A stretch of DNA of 64,000 bases from Patescibacteria group bacterium (GCA_041650715.1 JBAZKQ010000002.1:9568-73567), one strand, 5' to 3'. Counted from the first letter of the stretch, positions 1 through 10,977 are shown. Translations and numbers: made by a program. Notes: generated by a model not told the origin, from the sequence alone.

Positions 1-482
1 GGCTCGCCTTAGACTATCTCCTGGGCGATGTTAAGTGGCAGGATAGCAAAAAGTTTAACGCGCTAATTCATGAAGACGGGGCTAATATATATGTAAAGCC
101 GCAAACCTACATGAATAATTCCGGAAGCGCTGTCCAAAAAATCCTTAATTACTATAAGCTCCTGCCGAAAAACTTTGGCCTAATAAGCAAAAAAGATGCC
201 GACCTTGGTGCTGATTTATTCGTTATCCAAGACGATCTTGATCTTGATTTCGGTCAACTAAAAATCGCTACTGATTCCACGAGCGCGGGCCATCGCGGTA
301 TCCAATCAATTATAGATCATCTGAAAACTAAAAAATTTACCCGCCTTAGACTGGGCATTAAAAATGAATTACTGCGTACCCATATTCCACCGGATAAATT
401 TGTTGTTTCTCCCTTCGGGCATGACGAGCGTGGCCGCCTGCCGGAAATATTTGCCCAAATAAATATAGACAATATAAAATAA
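1..482 (+). CDS. pth: Peptidyl-tRNA hydrolase, 5' end cut by the window edge
   Basis: The frame is open from nt 3 and reads LALDYLLGDVKWQDSKKFNALIHEDGANIYVKPQTYMNNSGSAV. The Pth KPxTYMNxSG core therefore lies upstream of the listed Met at 111. LDFGQLKI and GHRGIQSI motifs follow. A hairpin plus T-run follows the stop. Confidence 0.85.
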   Translation, partial: LALDYLLGDVKWQDSKKFNALIHEDGANIYVKPQTYMNNSGSAVQKILNYYKLLPKNFGLISKKDADLGADLFVIQDDLDLDFGQLKIATDSTSAGHRGIQSIIDHLKTKKFTRLRLGIKNELLRTHIPPDKFVVSPFGHDERGRLPEIFAQINIDNIK

Positions 483-487
483 ACTTA

Positions 488-520
488 AAAACTTCCTAAA
501 AAATTAGGAAGTTTTTTATT
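488..520 (+). terminator. Intrinsic terminator after pth
   Basis: acttcctaa (491-499) pairs with ttaggaagt (504-512) and is followed by a T-run. Confidence 0.7.
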
Positions 521-527
521 TTTCTTT

Positions 528-1655
528 ATGCTAAATTTAACTAAGCGCCAAGCGCTATTGGCTTTCAATTATTTTACAAAAATTGGGCCCAAGACAATGC
601 AAAAACTTTTAAAAACTTTTCCCGAGGCGCGCACAGCTTTTAGCGCTCCGGCCGCCCGCTTGGAAAAATCCGGTCTCAGCGCAAACATAGTGACGGATTT
701 TTGTGCTTGGCGCGAAAAAATCGATTTTAGCAAACTCGAAGACGAATTAGCTCGCGAGAAAATTAGCTTTATCACTTGGGATGAGCCAGAATATCCCGCC
801 TTATTAAAAGAAATTGCGACTCCGCCCTATGTCTTGTATTACCGGGGGTCCTTAGAATCAATCGGCGGACTCGATAAAAATCGCCTCTCTGTCGTCGGCG
901 CGCGTGACCACAGCGCTTATGCCCCTAAAGTTATTGCCGAATTCTTGCCTCCGCTTATCAAAGAAAAAATACAAATCATTAGCGGCCTGGCCCTCGGTAT
1001 TGATGCCTTAGCCCATAGCTGCTGCCTATTAAATAGAGGAATAACTATAGCGGTTTTAGGAACCGGCCTCGACGATAAGAGTATTTATCCCGGAGTCAAT
1101 AAAAATCTCGCGCACGAAATAATAAACTCGGGGGGCGCACTTATTTCCGAGTTTCCGCCGGGAACCGCTCCGCTTCGCCAAAACTTCCCCCAACGTAATC
1201 GGATTATATCCGGACTATCCCAAGCGACCTTAATTATAGAAGCAAAGCTTAAGTCTGGAGCTTTAATCACGGCCGACTATGCTCTTGATCAAAATCGAGA
1301 AGTTATGGCCGTCCCGGGGAATATTTATTCTGCACTTTCGCAAGGCACTAATAAATTAATTCAAGCTGGGGCCAAATGTATTAATTGCCCTCAAGATATT
1401 TTAGAAATTTTTCGAATAGATCACGCGAGCCAGTTCAAAATTAAAAAAAAGCCCGCCCCCGTCTATTTTCAAAATAAAACTGAAGAATTAATTTATCGAC
1501 TTATTAGGGAAGCGCATGAGCGCTGTGAACTAATTACCGGTGATGAAATCGCTCAAATTACTAAACTTGACACCTCGGTCATAAATAGTACACTGAGTAT
1601 GTTAGAATTGCGCGGGTTTGCTAAAAATGACGGAATCGGCTATGATATAAATTAA
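528..1655 (+). CDS. dprA: DNA processing protein DprA
   Basis: DprA Rossmann-like core motifs are present (SGLALGIDALAH, GTGLD..YP, NRIISGLS..IIEA). A C-terminal winged-helix-like tail follows. Confidence 0.85.
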   Translation: MLNLTKRQALLAFNYFTKIGPKTMQKLLKTFPEARTAFSAPAARLEKSGLSANIVTDFCAWREKIDFSKLEDELAREKISFITWDEPEYPALLKEIATPPYVLYYRGSLESIGGLDKNRLSVVGARDHSAYAPKVIAEFLPPLIKEKIQIISGLALGIDALAHSCCLLNRGITIAVLGTGLDDKSIYPGVNKNLAHEIINSGGALISEFPPGTAPLRQNFPQRNRIISGLSQATLIIEAKLKSGALITADYALDQNREVMAVPGNIYSALSQGTNKLIQAGAKCINCPQDILEIFRIDHASQFKIKKKPAPVYFQNKTEELIYRLIREAHERCELITGDEIAQITKLDTSVINSTLSMLELRGFAKNDGIGYDIN

Positions 1656-1667
1656 ATTATTCACCAT

Positions 1668-3938
1668 ATGAATTTAATAATCGTCGAATCGCCAACCAAA
1701 GCTAAAACTATTGCCAAGTTTTTAGATAAAAATTACCAGGTCGAATCTTCATTCGGCCATATTCGCGATCTGCCGGTAAGCAAAATGGGGATTGATTTGA
1801 AAAATAATTTTACGCCTGACTACGTAATCCCTGCGAAAGCTAAAAAAACTGTATCCACTTTAAAATCGGCCGCTAAAAAATCAACCGAAGTTATTCTGGC
1901 GTCTGATGAAGACCGCGAAGGAGAAGCTATTGCCTGGCATTTAGTGGAAGCCTTGGGCCTGAATATTAAAAATACCAAACGCATTGTTTTTCATGAAATT
2001 ACTAAAACAGCAATTTTAGAAGCCCTGGAACACCCCCGCCAAATTGATCAAAATATGGTTGACGCGCAACAAGCGCGCCGTATATTGGATCGTTTAGTCG
2101 GCTATGAATTATCTCCTTTTCTCTGGAAAAAGGTAGCCAAGGGCCTTTCCGCCGGCCGTGTTCAAAGCGTAGCTACTCGCTTAATAGTGGAAAGAGAACG
2201 AGAGATTCTTGATTTTAAAACCGAGGATTATTGGACCCTGTCTGCCGATTTAAGCAAAGACGGCAAAACGCAGCCCTTCACCGCCGACTTATATAAAATC
2301 AACAATAAAACCTTTAATAAACTATCTCTTAAAAAAGATAAAGCCGAGGAACTGAAAGCCAGTCTGCGAAGCTCCGACTACCAGGTAGTTAAAATTGAGA
2401 AGAAAGAAATTAATAAGAATCCGGCGGCTCCTTTCACCACTTCAACCCTACAGCAGGCGGCCAATCGTCATCTTGGCTTTAGTGCTAAGCAAACAATGAC
2501 CATTGCGCAAAAATTATACGAACAGGGTTATATTACCTACATGCGTACGGATTCCTTAAATCTTTCTCCGAAATTTATTACGGATGCTTATGATTGGTTA
2601 TTAAAAACACAGGGCGCACAGTACGCTATCAGCGGCGGACGGGCCTATAAAGGGAAAAGCAAGAACGCACAAGAAGCTCATGAAGCCGTTCGTCCGACCG
2701 AAGCGTCACTAACCCCGGAAATTCTCGCTCCGAAACTTGATAAGAACCAAGAAAGACTCTATCGTCTTATTTGGCAACGGGCCGTTTCCAGCCAAATGAC
2801 TCCGGCCCGACTGGCCGCAACCACCATCGATACCGAAACAAGTTCTGCGCAAGAAAATTATATATTTCGCGCTACCGGACAGATGTTAATCTTCCCCGGC
2901 TACCTTAAAATTTGGCCGGAAAAAACTAAAGAGCAGGAACTGCCGCCACTTCAGGAGAAAGATGATTTGGAACTTCTTGATTTGCGGGCCGACGGCCATA
3001 CCACTAATCCGCCCGCTCGCTATTCCGACGCCGGTCTGGTTAAAGAACTGGAGAAATATGACATCGGACGGCCTTCAACTTACGCGCCGACAATCAACAC
3101 TATTATTACTCGCAATTATGTCGAGCGCGATGACAATAAAAAATTGAAACCAACCGGCATCGCCTTTGTTGTTACCGATCTACTAATTAAACACTTCCCC
3201 AAGATAGTTGATTATGCTTTTACCGCTAAAATGGAAGACGATCTTGATGCCATCGCCGAAGGTGAAAAAAAATGGCAGCCGGTTATCGGTAATTTCTATG
3301 AAGACTTTCACGCTAATTTAAAAATAAAGGAAGAGGAAATTAAAAAAAGTGATATTATGCCTGAAGAAAAATCAACTGAGATTTGTGATAAATGCGGCGC
3401 CCCGATGATTATTAAAATCGGACGCTTCGGTAAATTCTTGGCTTGCAGCGGTTATCCGGATTGCAAGAATATTAAAAAATTTACCGGCGAGGGCGGAAGC
3501 TACGAAAAAAAAGAAGTAGATCCAAAAGTTCTGGAACTGCAAAAGAAGTATGACGGCGAAGTCTGCGAAAAATGCGGCTCCGCGATGAAGGTTCGAGTCG
3601 GAAAATACGGTCCTTTCTTAGCCTGCTCCGGCTACCCAAAATGTAAAAATATTAAAAACATCGCCGAGGCAAACGCGGGCGGCGTTGAAGTCCCTTGCCC
3701 GGTTTGCGGAGAAGGAAAGATTGTTAAAAAATTTAGTAAGCGAGGAGCGTTTTGGGCCTGTAATAATTACCCAAAATGTAAAAATGCGTATTGGGGAGAG
3801 CCGACCGGAAAAGATTGTCCCGATTGTAGTGCCTTGCTCGTTCATGACACCAAATCAGGAAAAATAAAATGCAGTAATAAAGAATGCGGTTATATAGAAA
3901 AAGAGAAAAAAGCGAAAGCTAAAGAAGAATCGGTTTAA
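1668..3938 (+). CDS. topA: DNA topoisomerase I
   Basis: TOPRIM N-terminus (IVESPTKAKTI, SDEDREGE) and catalytic Tyr region (GYITYMRTDS). Several C-terminal CxxC...CxxC zinc ribbons. Confidence 0.95.
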   Translation: MNLIIVESPTKAKTIAKFLDKNYQVESSFGHIRDLPVSKMGIDLKNNFTPDYVIPAKAKKTVSTLKSAAKKSTEVILASDEDREGEAIAWHLVEALGLNIKNTKRIVFHEITKTAILEALEHPRQIDQNMVDAQQARRILDRLVGYELSPFLWKKVAKGLSAGRVQSVATRLIVEREREILDFKTEDYWTLSADLSKDGKTQPFTADLYKINNKTFNKLSLKKDKAEELKASLRSSDYQVVKIEKKEINKNPAAPFTTSTLQQAANRHLGFSAKQTMTIAQKLYEQGYITYMRTDSLNLSPKFITDAYDWLLKTQGAQYAISGGRAYKGKSKNAQEAHEAVRPTEASLTPEILAPKLDKNQERLYRLIWQRAVSSQMTPARLAATTIDTETSSAQENYIFRATGQMLIFPGYLKIWPEKTKEQELPPLQEKDDLELLDLRADGHTTNPPARYSDAGLVKELEKYDIGRPSTYAPTINTIITRNYVERDDNKKLKPTGIAFVVTDLLIKHFPKIVDYAFTAKMEDDLDAIAEGEKKWQPVIGNFYEDFHANLKIKEEEIKKSDIMPEEKSTEICDKCGAPMIIKIGRFGKFLACSGYPDCKNIKKFTGEGGSYEKKEVDPKVLELQKKYDGEVCEKCGSAMKVRVGKYGPFLACSGYPKCKNIKNIAEANAGGVEVPCPVCGEGKIVKKFSKRGAFWACNNYPKCKNAYWGEPTGKDCPDCSALLVHDTKSGKIKCSNKECGYIEKEKKAKAKEESV

Positions 3939-3961
3939 AATAGCTTAAACGTTAATCATAC

Positions 3962-3992
3962 AAAAAAAGACCGGGAGTACCGGTCTTTTTTT
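3962..3992. terminator. Bidirectional intrinsic terminator (topA / 4012-4335)
   Basis: agaccgg (3968-3974) pairs with ccggtct (3980-3986). An A-run lies upstream and a T-run downstream. Confidence 0.7.
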
Positions 3993-4011
3993 ATCTTCTT
4001 CGATATGTAAT

Positions 4012-4335
4012 TTATTTCTTTTTTGACTTCGTCTTCGCTTTGCTTTTAGCTTCCTGCGTTTGGCTCGCCGCTCTTTTTTCCTGGACAAACTCCAAGCCCT
4101 TTTTAGCGAGTTGGCTCAGTACCATAAAATAAGCGGAGCTGTGCTTTAATTTATCTTTGGCCATGTTTATAAATTCTTCCGCTTTGGTGACACTGCTCTC
4201 AATTTTTTTACTGATGCGGTTTATGCGCTGGATACTGACGATAAAGTAATAAATTGCCCAGCAGAGAAAAAAAGTGAGGACCGCGATGCTAATCGCCAAT
4301 ATTAAATTTAAAATGTCAGTCGAGCTTGTAAACAT
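4012..4335 (-). CDS. Hypothetical small membrane protein with Lys-rich C-terminus
   Basis: One N-terminal hydrophobic helix. Sits between a terminator and pheT. No recognisable family. Confidence 0.4.
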   Translation of the reverse strand: MFTSSTDILNLILAISIAVLTFFLCWAIYYFIVSIQRINRISKKIESSVTKAEEFINMAKDKLKHSSAYFMVLSQLAKKGLEFVQEKRAASQTQEAKSKAKTKSKKK

Positions 4336-4355
4336 ATTTTTATTTTTAGTTTTTC

Positions 4356-6785
4356 TTAGTCTCTAAGGCGAGCCGCAAACTTTTCACCCAAATGCTTTAC
4401 GAGATTAACGACAATATTTTCCACTTCTTCGGCCAAGAGGGTTCTCTCCGGCGATTGGAATCTTAAGTGATAGGCCAAACTTTTTTCCTCGGCCGCTAAC
4501 TTATTCCCGACATAAACATCAAACAACTCGACTTCTCTGATTAGAGGATTGAATTTTTTTATTTCCTTGGTAAATTCATTATACAATATTTTTTCATTTA
4601 TGACAAAGGCTAAATCCCGAGTTGTCTCCGGATATTTGGCCAGTTCTTTAAAGTGAAGCGCCGATAAGCTGAGCACCATGTCGGCCAGGAGAGAAAAATT
4701 TAATTCAGCGACGGCACTTTGCTTTTTCAGATTGATATTAGCGCCTACCTCTTTACTTATTAAAGACACAATTCCGATTTCTTTCCCGAATACTCTAATT
4801 TTAGCCGTTACCTTTTTATCCGCCCAACCCGGTTTTTCTTCAATCGGTAAAAATTCGCTTACCCCCTCATCATTAAATAAATTATCCAATAAACCACCAA
4901 CGACTCCCTTTAAGCGCTTGAATAAATCTTCTTTATCATCGGCGATAATGATTCCTAATCTTTTTTCTTGATAGGGGAGGGTGCTGTCTCCCGAGGCTTC
5001 TTTTTTAATGCGTCCAGGAGCATCAAAAAATACGCTGCCGAACTCAAAGAACCCCAAAGATTCTGCTTTTGATTGATTAGCTTTGATATTACCGATTAAG
5101 CCGGGGACAAGCGACTGGCGCAACATCGTCTGAATATCGGACAGCGGGTTAGCTAATTTAAGATGCTTAAAGAAATCAATATTTAATTTTTTCAGTTGAT
5201 CGTCGCCGACAAAAGAATAATTATAAACCTCACTTAGAGCGAATTTTAGAACTAAAAAGTCCTTTATACTTCTTTCCAAAAGTCTTTCCCGGTTAATTTC
5301 CGGCAAGCGCAAGGTTTCCAGCGGTAATTGGGACTTAATTTTATCATAACCGTAAATACGCAGCACTTCCTCGGCTAAATCTTCTTTGGCCGCGACATCT
5401 TTTGTGGCGCGCCAAGAGGGAACAGTAACTTTGAGCACCGGCTCTTTAGGATCAGCCACGATGAAACCAAGATTTTCCAAAGTTTTAACTGTAGTCTCGA
5501 CCGGAATTTCCTCGCCAATCTTTTTAGTCAGCCAAGCTAAATCAAGGTCAATCAGCATCGGTTGGTTTTTAGCGTGCTGGATATCAATAAGGGCACTCTC
5601 AATTTTTAATTTAGGGAATAATTCGTGCAAGAGGCTCAGAAATTTAGTTAAGGCTTCCGCGCAGAGATTAGGATCTAAGGCTTTTTCAAAACGCGTTGAG
5701 GCTTCAGTGCGCAGGCCCAAGCGCTGCGAGGTTTTCCTAATCATAACCGCGTTAAAATTGGCCGCTTCCAAAATAATACTTTTTGTACTTGCGCTAATTC
5801 CGCTCGCTTTACCGCCCATTACACCGGCGAGAGCGATCGTTTCTTTCCCGTCGCTAATTACCAAGTCATCTTCATGTAAATTTCTTTCTTTTTCATCAAG
5901 CGTTTCCAGAAATTCGTCTCGGTGCGCCTTGCGCACGACAATTTTTTCAATTTTATCCGCGTCAAAAGCATGTAGGGGCTGGCCGCAATCAAGCATAATA
6001 TAATTAGTCAAATCGACAATATTATTAATCGGTTTTTGATTAACGGCAATTAATCTTTCTTTCAGCCAGGCCGGCGACTCTTTAATCTCCACGCCGCTTA
6101 CCTTAACCGCCATATAGCGCGGGCAGGCGTCCTTATCTTCTACTTTAACTTCTAACTTATTTTCTTTAGCGCTTAAAAATTTTATTTTTTTGTCTAACGG
6201 CTTGCCGTAGGGTTTAAGCATGGTCTGAAAAATAACGCTCATTTCTCGAGCGATGCCATAATGACTAAGCAAATCGGGACGATTAGACATTGATTTATTA
6301 TCTATCTCCAAAACGATATCGTCCGCCTTTAAATATTTAGATAGTGGTTCGCCAATTTTAGCCTTCTCGCTTAAAACCATAATGCCTTCATGATTTTTTC
6401 CGAGACCGAGCTCATCCTCGGCGCAAATCATGCCGCTTGATTTTTCTCCCCTGATTTCCGATTCTTTAATTTCTAAACCATTCGGTAAATTAGCACCGAC
6501 CAAGGCGACCGGGACAAGCTGTCCCACGGCTAAATTAGGCGCACCGCAAACTATGTTTAATTTTTTTGTTTTAATATCAACGACGGCCAGGCGCAAGCGG
6601 TCGGCATTAGGATGTTTTTCAACCGACAAAACGGAACCGACGACGACTTGTGAAAATTGTTGCGCTTGCCCGCTAAACCCCTCGACTTCTACCGTATGGT
6701 TAGTAAGTTCACGGGCAATATCGGCCGCTTTTATTTTCGCGGATAATTTAAGATAGTCGTTTAACCAATTAAGAGATATATACAT
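4356..6785 (-). CDS. pheT: Phenylalanine--tRNA ligase beta subunit
   Basis: 809 aa with an N-terminal OB tRNA-binding domain (VEKHPNADRLRL), B3/4 and B5 regions and a C-terminal FDX-ACB-like end. Lies immediately downstream of pheS. Confidence 0.9.
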   Translation of the reverse strand: MYISLNWLNDYLKLSAKIKAADIARELTNHTVEVEGFSGQAQQFSQVVVGSVLSVEKHPNADRLRLAVVDIKTKKLNIVCGAPNLAVGQLVPVALVGANLPNGLEIKESEIRGEKSSGMICAEDELGLGKNHEGIMVLSEKAKIGEPLSKYLKADDIVLEIDNKSMSNRPDLLSHYGIAREMSVIFQTMLKPYGKPLDKKIKFLSAKENKLEVKVEDKDACPRYMAVKVSGVEIKESPAWLKERLIAVNQKPINNIVDLTNYIMLDCGQPLHAFDADKIEKIVVRKAHRDEFLETLDEKERNLHEDDLVISDGKETIALAGVMGGKASGISASTKSIILEAANFNAVMIRKTSQRLGLRTEASTRFEKALDPNLCAEALTKFLSLLHELFPKLKIESALIDIQHAKNQPMLIDLDLAWLTKKIGEEIPVETTVKTLENLGFIVADPKEPVLKVTVPSWRATKDVAAKEDLAEEVLRIYGYDKIKSQLPLETLRLPEINRERLLERSIKDFLVLKFALSEVYNYSFVGDDQLKKLNIDFFKHLKLANPLSDIQTMLRQSLVPGLIGNIKANQSKAESLGFFEFGSVFFDAPGRIKKEASGDSTLPYQEKRLGIIIADDKEDLFKRLKGVVGGLLDNLFNDEGVSEFLPIEEKPGWADKKVTAKIRVFGKEIGIVSLISKEVGANINLKKQSAVAELNFSLLADMVLSLSALHFKELAKYPETTRDLAFVINEKILYNEFTKEIKKFNPLIREVELFDVYVGNKLAAEEKSLAYHLRFQSPERTLLAEEVENIVVNLVKHLGEKFAARLRD

Positions 6786-6789
6786 ATAT

Positions 6790-7845
6790 TTAAAACTGCT
6801 CTATAAATTTAAGGTCACCGCTATTAAATAAGCGCACGTCATTAATATTATATTTAAGCATCGCTAAGCGATTAAGTCCGAAGCCGAAAGCTAAACCGGA
6901 ATAGACTTCCGGGTCAATCCCGCCCGCTCGTAAAACATCGGGATGGATTAAGCCGGCGCCGACAATTTCGAGCCAGCCGGTATGCTTACAAACGCGGCAG
7001 CCTTTGCCCTCACAGAGGAAGCAGGTATACTCGCCGTTATTACCAGGCTCAACAAAAGGAAAAAATTTCGGCCGCATGCGCAGCTCGGTATTGGGACCAA
7101 ATAATTTTTTGCCGACTATTTCCAATAAGCTTTTTAAATTAGCAAAGTTTATATCCTTGCCGACCATAATACCCTCCACCTGATAAAATGTGTGTTCATG
7201 GCGCGCATCCGTCGCTTCATTACGAAAGCAGCGCCCCGGGATTATCGCCTTTAAGGGCGCGCCATATTTTTGCATTAATCTAATCTGTACGGGCGAGGTT
7301 TGGGTGCGCATTACTAAATCATATTGTCCCTCTTTATTTTTCGAATCAATATAAAAAGTGTCTTGCATGTCGCGGGCGGGATGAAAGGGGGAGACATTAA
7401 GGGCCGTAAAATTATAATAATCACTTTCCAGCTCAGGCCCGTCACCCACCATAAAACCGAGCGAAGTAAATAAATCTTCTAATTCGTTTTGGACAAGCGT
7501 AATCGGATTCAGGTGGCCAGTCGCAAATTTTTCTCCCGGGAGGGTAACATCCACAAAATCATTCTTCTTGCCATAGTTTTCAAGAGTCCGGCTCATTTCC
7601 TGAAATTTGCTTTGCATTTCGCCTTTAACCGTATTAGCCAGTTCGCCTAACTCTTTTTTCAGTTCTAAACTAAGATCCTTAAGACCGTGCATAATCTCGC
7701 TCATTTCTCCCTTACGCGAGAGATATTTTAATTCCAAATCGCGCAACTCGTCGCTATCTTTGGCTTTTTGCAGTTGCTCCAGAAACTCAGCTCGTATTTT
7801 TTCAATTTTGTTCTTCATATTATTAGTTCCGTTTTTCGGAAACAT
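6790..7845 (-). CDS. pheS: Phenylalanine--tRNA ligase alpha subunit
   Basis: Class II aaRS motifs (GRCFRNEATDARHEHTFYQVEG, GLAFGFGLNRL). The true start may be the Met 9 codons in. Confidence 0.9.
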   Translation of the reverse strand: MFPKNGTNNMKNKIEKIRAEFLEQLQKAKDSDELRDLELKYLSRKGEMSEIMHGLKDLSLELKKELGELANTVKGEMQSKFQEMSRTLENYGKKNDFVDVTLPGEKFATGHLNPITLVQNELEDLFTSLGFMVGDGPELESDYYNFTALNVSPFHPARDMQDTFYIDSKNKEGQYDLVMRTQTSPVQIRLMQKYGAPLKAIIPGRCFRNEATDARHEHTFYQVEGIMVGKDINFANLKSLLEIVGKKLFGPNTELRMRPKFFPFVEPGNNGEYTCFLCEGKGCRVCKHTGWLEIVGAGLIHPDVLRAGGIDPEVYSGLAFGFGLNRLAMLKYNINDVRLFNSGDLKFIEQF

Positions 7846-7856
7846 GATTTATATTT

Positions 7857-8237
7857 TTAGCGGCTCTTTTTAGAACTGATTAAAAATAATTCTAAGATTG
7901 CAAAAATAATAACCAGCAATAATAAATTAATCCAATTAAACAGGTGCTGTGATTTTAAAATAAGAGATAAAACAATAAAAAGGGAAAAAAGGAAAGATTG
8001 GCGGAAGGCGACCTTAACCGAATTAAAAGCCAGTTCTTTCTTGAGGGCGACAAAACGAATTATGAACCCGATTAAGGCGGCCAGACCGCTTAAGGATAAA
8101 AATAGCGCCAAATAAAAAAGGATGTAGCCCAGCCAATTAGTGGCTGTCGGGTCAATTAAGCTGGCGACAAAAATAAGAATACCCCAGCACACGGCCGTAA
8201 GAGTCGACATCACGAATAAATAATTTTTTAGGGTCAT
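7857..8237 (-). CDS. Hypothetical multi-pass membrane protein
   Basis: About four hydrophobic segments. Overlaps the valS stop by 4 nt, which suggests an operon. Confidence 0.4.
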   Translation of the reverse strand: MTLKNYLFVMSTLTAVCWGILIFVASLIDPTATNWLGYILFYLALFLSLSGLAALIGFIIRFVALKKELAFNSVKVAFRQSFLFSLFIVLSLILKSQHLFNWINLLLLVIIFAILELFLISSKKSR

Positions 8238-10855
8238 AAACTATTAATTATGTTTTCTATTTTAGCGGCCTCTTGCTTATAGTTTTCCAGCTTTTCTTTT
8301 TCGGCATTAACTATTTTCTCCGGCGCGCGGCTCACAAATTCAGAATTGCCAAGTTTTTGCTCTTGCGCGGCCACTAATCTTAATAGATTTTCTTTTTCTT
8401 TTATCAGGCGCTCTTTTTCTTTCACCGGGTCAATCGCACCGAGCAAATATATTTCAATATCGCCAAGCACAATCATAATCGCAGCCTCCACCTTCTCGCC
8501 GCCCGTTGCCACTTTTAATTCTTCTAAACCGGTCTTTAAATTTTTAATAATTTCTTTCTGGGTCTCAATTAAGGCGGCGTCTTGCGGCGCGTAAATAACC
8601 GCTTTGAGTTTTTTAGACGGTTCTATTTTATTAGCGCTGCGGGCGTTGCGGATAGCCGTGATAATATCGGAAATTAAAATCATCTTAGAATTAAGAATCG
8701 TTTTCTTTTGCGTTTTGGGCCAAGCGGCAACCATAAGAACATCTTCATTGAAACTGCCCCAGATGGTTTCGGTAACAAACGGGATAAACGGGTGCCAGAG
8801 AATCAAAATGTTTTTTAAGAGATATATTAAAATATCTTCTTTATCTTTTTCGACTTTAGCCATTTCTAAATACCAATCAGCCAATTTATTCCAAGTAAAC
8901 TCATTTAGGTCTTCGGCCGCCAAAGAAAATTCAAAATTTTCCAGTCTATCGGTGACACTCTTTATAAGCGTGTTCATTTCGTCCAGAATCCATTCGTCCG
9001 CCATTGTTTTCGCCGCGGGTATTTCGCGGGCGCTCGTCACATAGTGTTTTTCCTCAACCGCACTTAAAATAAAGCGCGAAATATTCCAAAGCTTATTAAC
9101 AAAGTTTCGCTTCGCTTCAATCTTCTCGGCGCTATAGCGAGTATCATTACCCGGCGTCGCCCCCATTAAAAGAGACAAGCGTAAAGCGTCGGCGCCATAC
9201 TCGGAAATCGCGTCCAAAGGATCGACGCCATTACCTTTGCTTTTACTCATTTTCTTTCCCTTAGCGTCTAAAATCGTGCCATGTAAATAAACTTTCTCGA
9301 ACGGAATTTCGCCGAGCGCGAAAAATGACATCATTACCATGCGGGAAACCCAGAGAGTTAAAATTTCATATCCGGTTTCAAGAATTTGCGTGGGATGAAA
9401 TTTAGCTAAATCGCCAGCTTTTATACCATTTTTATAGTTATCCGGCCATCCTAAAGTAGAGAATGTCCACATGCCCGATGAAAACCAAGTATCAAGGGTA
9501 TCCTCATCTTTTATCCAGCCTGATTCCTCGGGAGCTGTTTCTCCGCAATAGATTTCCTCACCGCGATACCAAACCGGGATGCCGTGGCCAAACCAAATTT
9601 GTCGAGATATACACCAATCATGTAAATTTTCCATCCAATCCTGATAACGTTTGTTGAAACGTTCCGGAATAAAAGTAATTTTTTTAGTTTTTTCCGCCTC
9701 CAGCGCTTTTTCTTTTAAAGATTTTCCGCCCAAGCGCTCTAATTTTTTATCAACGCTGATAAACCACTGCTTTGAGGGTAATGGTTCAATCGGAGTGTCG
9801 CAACGGTAGCAAACCGATAAGTTATTAGTAATATCTTCTTCTTTTTCCAATAAATTATTATTTTTCAATTCTTCAACGATCATTTTTCGCGCCGCCTCGG
9901 CCGCCAAACCGGAATATTTTCCAAAGCCATGATGAATTAAACCATCTTCATTAATAACTTTTATAATCGGAAGTTTATTAGCGGTTGCCATTTGCCAATC
10001 AACCATAGAATGCGCCGGCGTTACACCCAAGGCGCCCGTGCCAAAATCTGATTCAACGTTACGATCGGCAATAATTTTAATATTTAGAGCCTGACCGCAA
10101 AAATTGATTTTATATTCTTTACCAATAAATTTCTTATAGCGCTCATCTTTGGGATTAACCGCCAACGCCGTGTCTCCCAGTTTTGTTTCCGGACGAGTAG
10201 TAGAAATAGAAATCGGAAAATCGGCACTATATTTAAAAGTGTATAATTTGGCTTGCTGTTCTTTATATTCAACTTCATCGTCGGCTAATGTCGAGTGGCA
10301 ATGAGGGCACCAATTAACAATCCGCTCGCCCCGATAAATAACCCCCTCTTTATACATATCGACAAACATGCGATTAACCGCACTTTGTCTCACTTCATCA
10401 AAAGTAAAAGCTTCTCGTGACCAGTCCAAAGACGAGCCCATTTTTTTGGTTTGATGTAAAATTGCGGCCTGAGTGCTGCGTAAAAATTTCCAGATCTCCT
10501 CAAGCAGTTTTTCACGCCCTAAATCATGGCGAGTCTGCCCAGTCTCCGCAAAAATTTTTTTCTCGACTACCATTTGAGTGGCAATCGCGGCATGGTCAGT
10601 GCCGGGCAACCACAAAGCGCGATAGCCTGACATCCGGCGATAACGTATCAAAAGATCCTCAATTGCCAACATGCAGCTATGGCCGATATGTAGTTTTGCG
10701 GTAATATTCGGTGGCGGCAAGACAATTGTATAGCTCGCTGCGTCGGCGGGTAAATCTAAATTATCCGGATTAAAATACCCGGATTCTTCCCATTTTTTAT
10801 AAATTTTATCCTCATTTTCGCCCGGATTATAGGCTTTATCAAGTTCTCGTTTCAT
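8234..10855 (-). CDS. valS: Valine--tRNA ligase
   Basis: Class I HIGH (KLHIGH) and KMSKS (KKMSKSKGN) motifs. C-terminal coiled-coil arm. Confidence 0.95.
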   Translation of the reverse strand: MKRELDKAYNPGENEDKIYKKWEESGYFNPDNLDLPADAASYTIVLPPPNITAKLHIGHSCMLAIEDLLIRYRRMSGYRALWLPGTDHAAIATQMVVEKKIFAETGQTRHDLGREKLLEEIWKFLRSTQAAILHQTKKMGSSLDWSREAFTFDEVRQSAVNRMFVDMYKEGVIYRGERIVNWCPHCHSTLADDEVEYKEQQAKLYTFKYSADFPISISTTRPETKLGDTALAVNPKDERYKKFIGKEYKINFCGQALNIKIIADRNVESDFGTGALGVTPAHSMVDWQMATANKLPIIKVINEDGLIHHGFGKYSGLAAEAARKMIVEELKNNNLLEKEEDITNNLSVCYRCDTPIEPLPSKQWFISVDKKLERLGGKSLKEKALEAEKTKKITFIPERFNKRYQDWMENLHDWCISRQIWFGHGIPVWYRGEEIYCGETAPEESGWIKDEDTLDTWFSSGMWTFSTLGWPDNYKNGIKAGDLAKFHPTQILETGYEILTLWVSRMVMMSFFALGEIPFEKVYLHGTILDAKGKKMSKSKGNGVDPLDAISEYGADALRLSLLMGATPGNDTRYSAEKIEAKRNFVNKLWNISRFILSAVEEKHYVTSAREIPAAKTMADEWILDEMNTLIKSVTDRLENFEFSLAAEDLNEFTWNKLADWYLEMAKVEKDKEDILIYLLKNILILWHPFIPFVTETIWGSFNEDVLMVAAWPKTQKKTILNSKMILISDIITAIRNARSANKIEPSKKLKAVIYAPQDAALIETQKEIIKNLKTGLEELKVATGGEKVEAAIMIVLGDIEIYLLGAIDPVKEKERLIKEKENLLRLVAAQEQKLGNSEFVSRAPEKIVNAEKEKLENYKQEAAKIENIINSL

Positions 10856-10977
10856 AACTTAAAATTACCAAAAAAAGAGCCTTAAGTCAACTAAAATAAC
10901 CTTGACTTTGGCTCATATTAATTATATATTATAGAGTCTGCTTATATTAGGTAGGCACTGTTTTTAATTATAAAATC

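Noticed and set aside
5386-6003. Long antisense or alternative-frame ORFs inside large genes, for example 5386-6003, 4678-4971, 6430-6756, 8604-9044, 10417-10704, 32952-33236, 44533-44892, 46227-46733, 50707-50970, 57163-57558 and 58924-59271
   Set aside because: Each lies wholly within a strongly supported gene on the other strand or frame. The translations are Ser/Leu/Arg-rich, which is typical of shadow ORFs.
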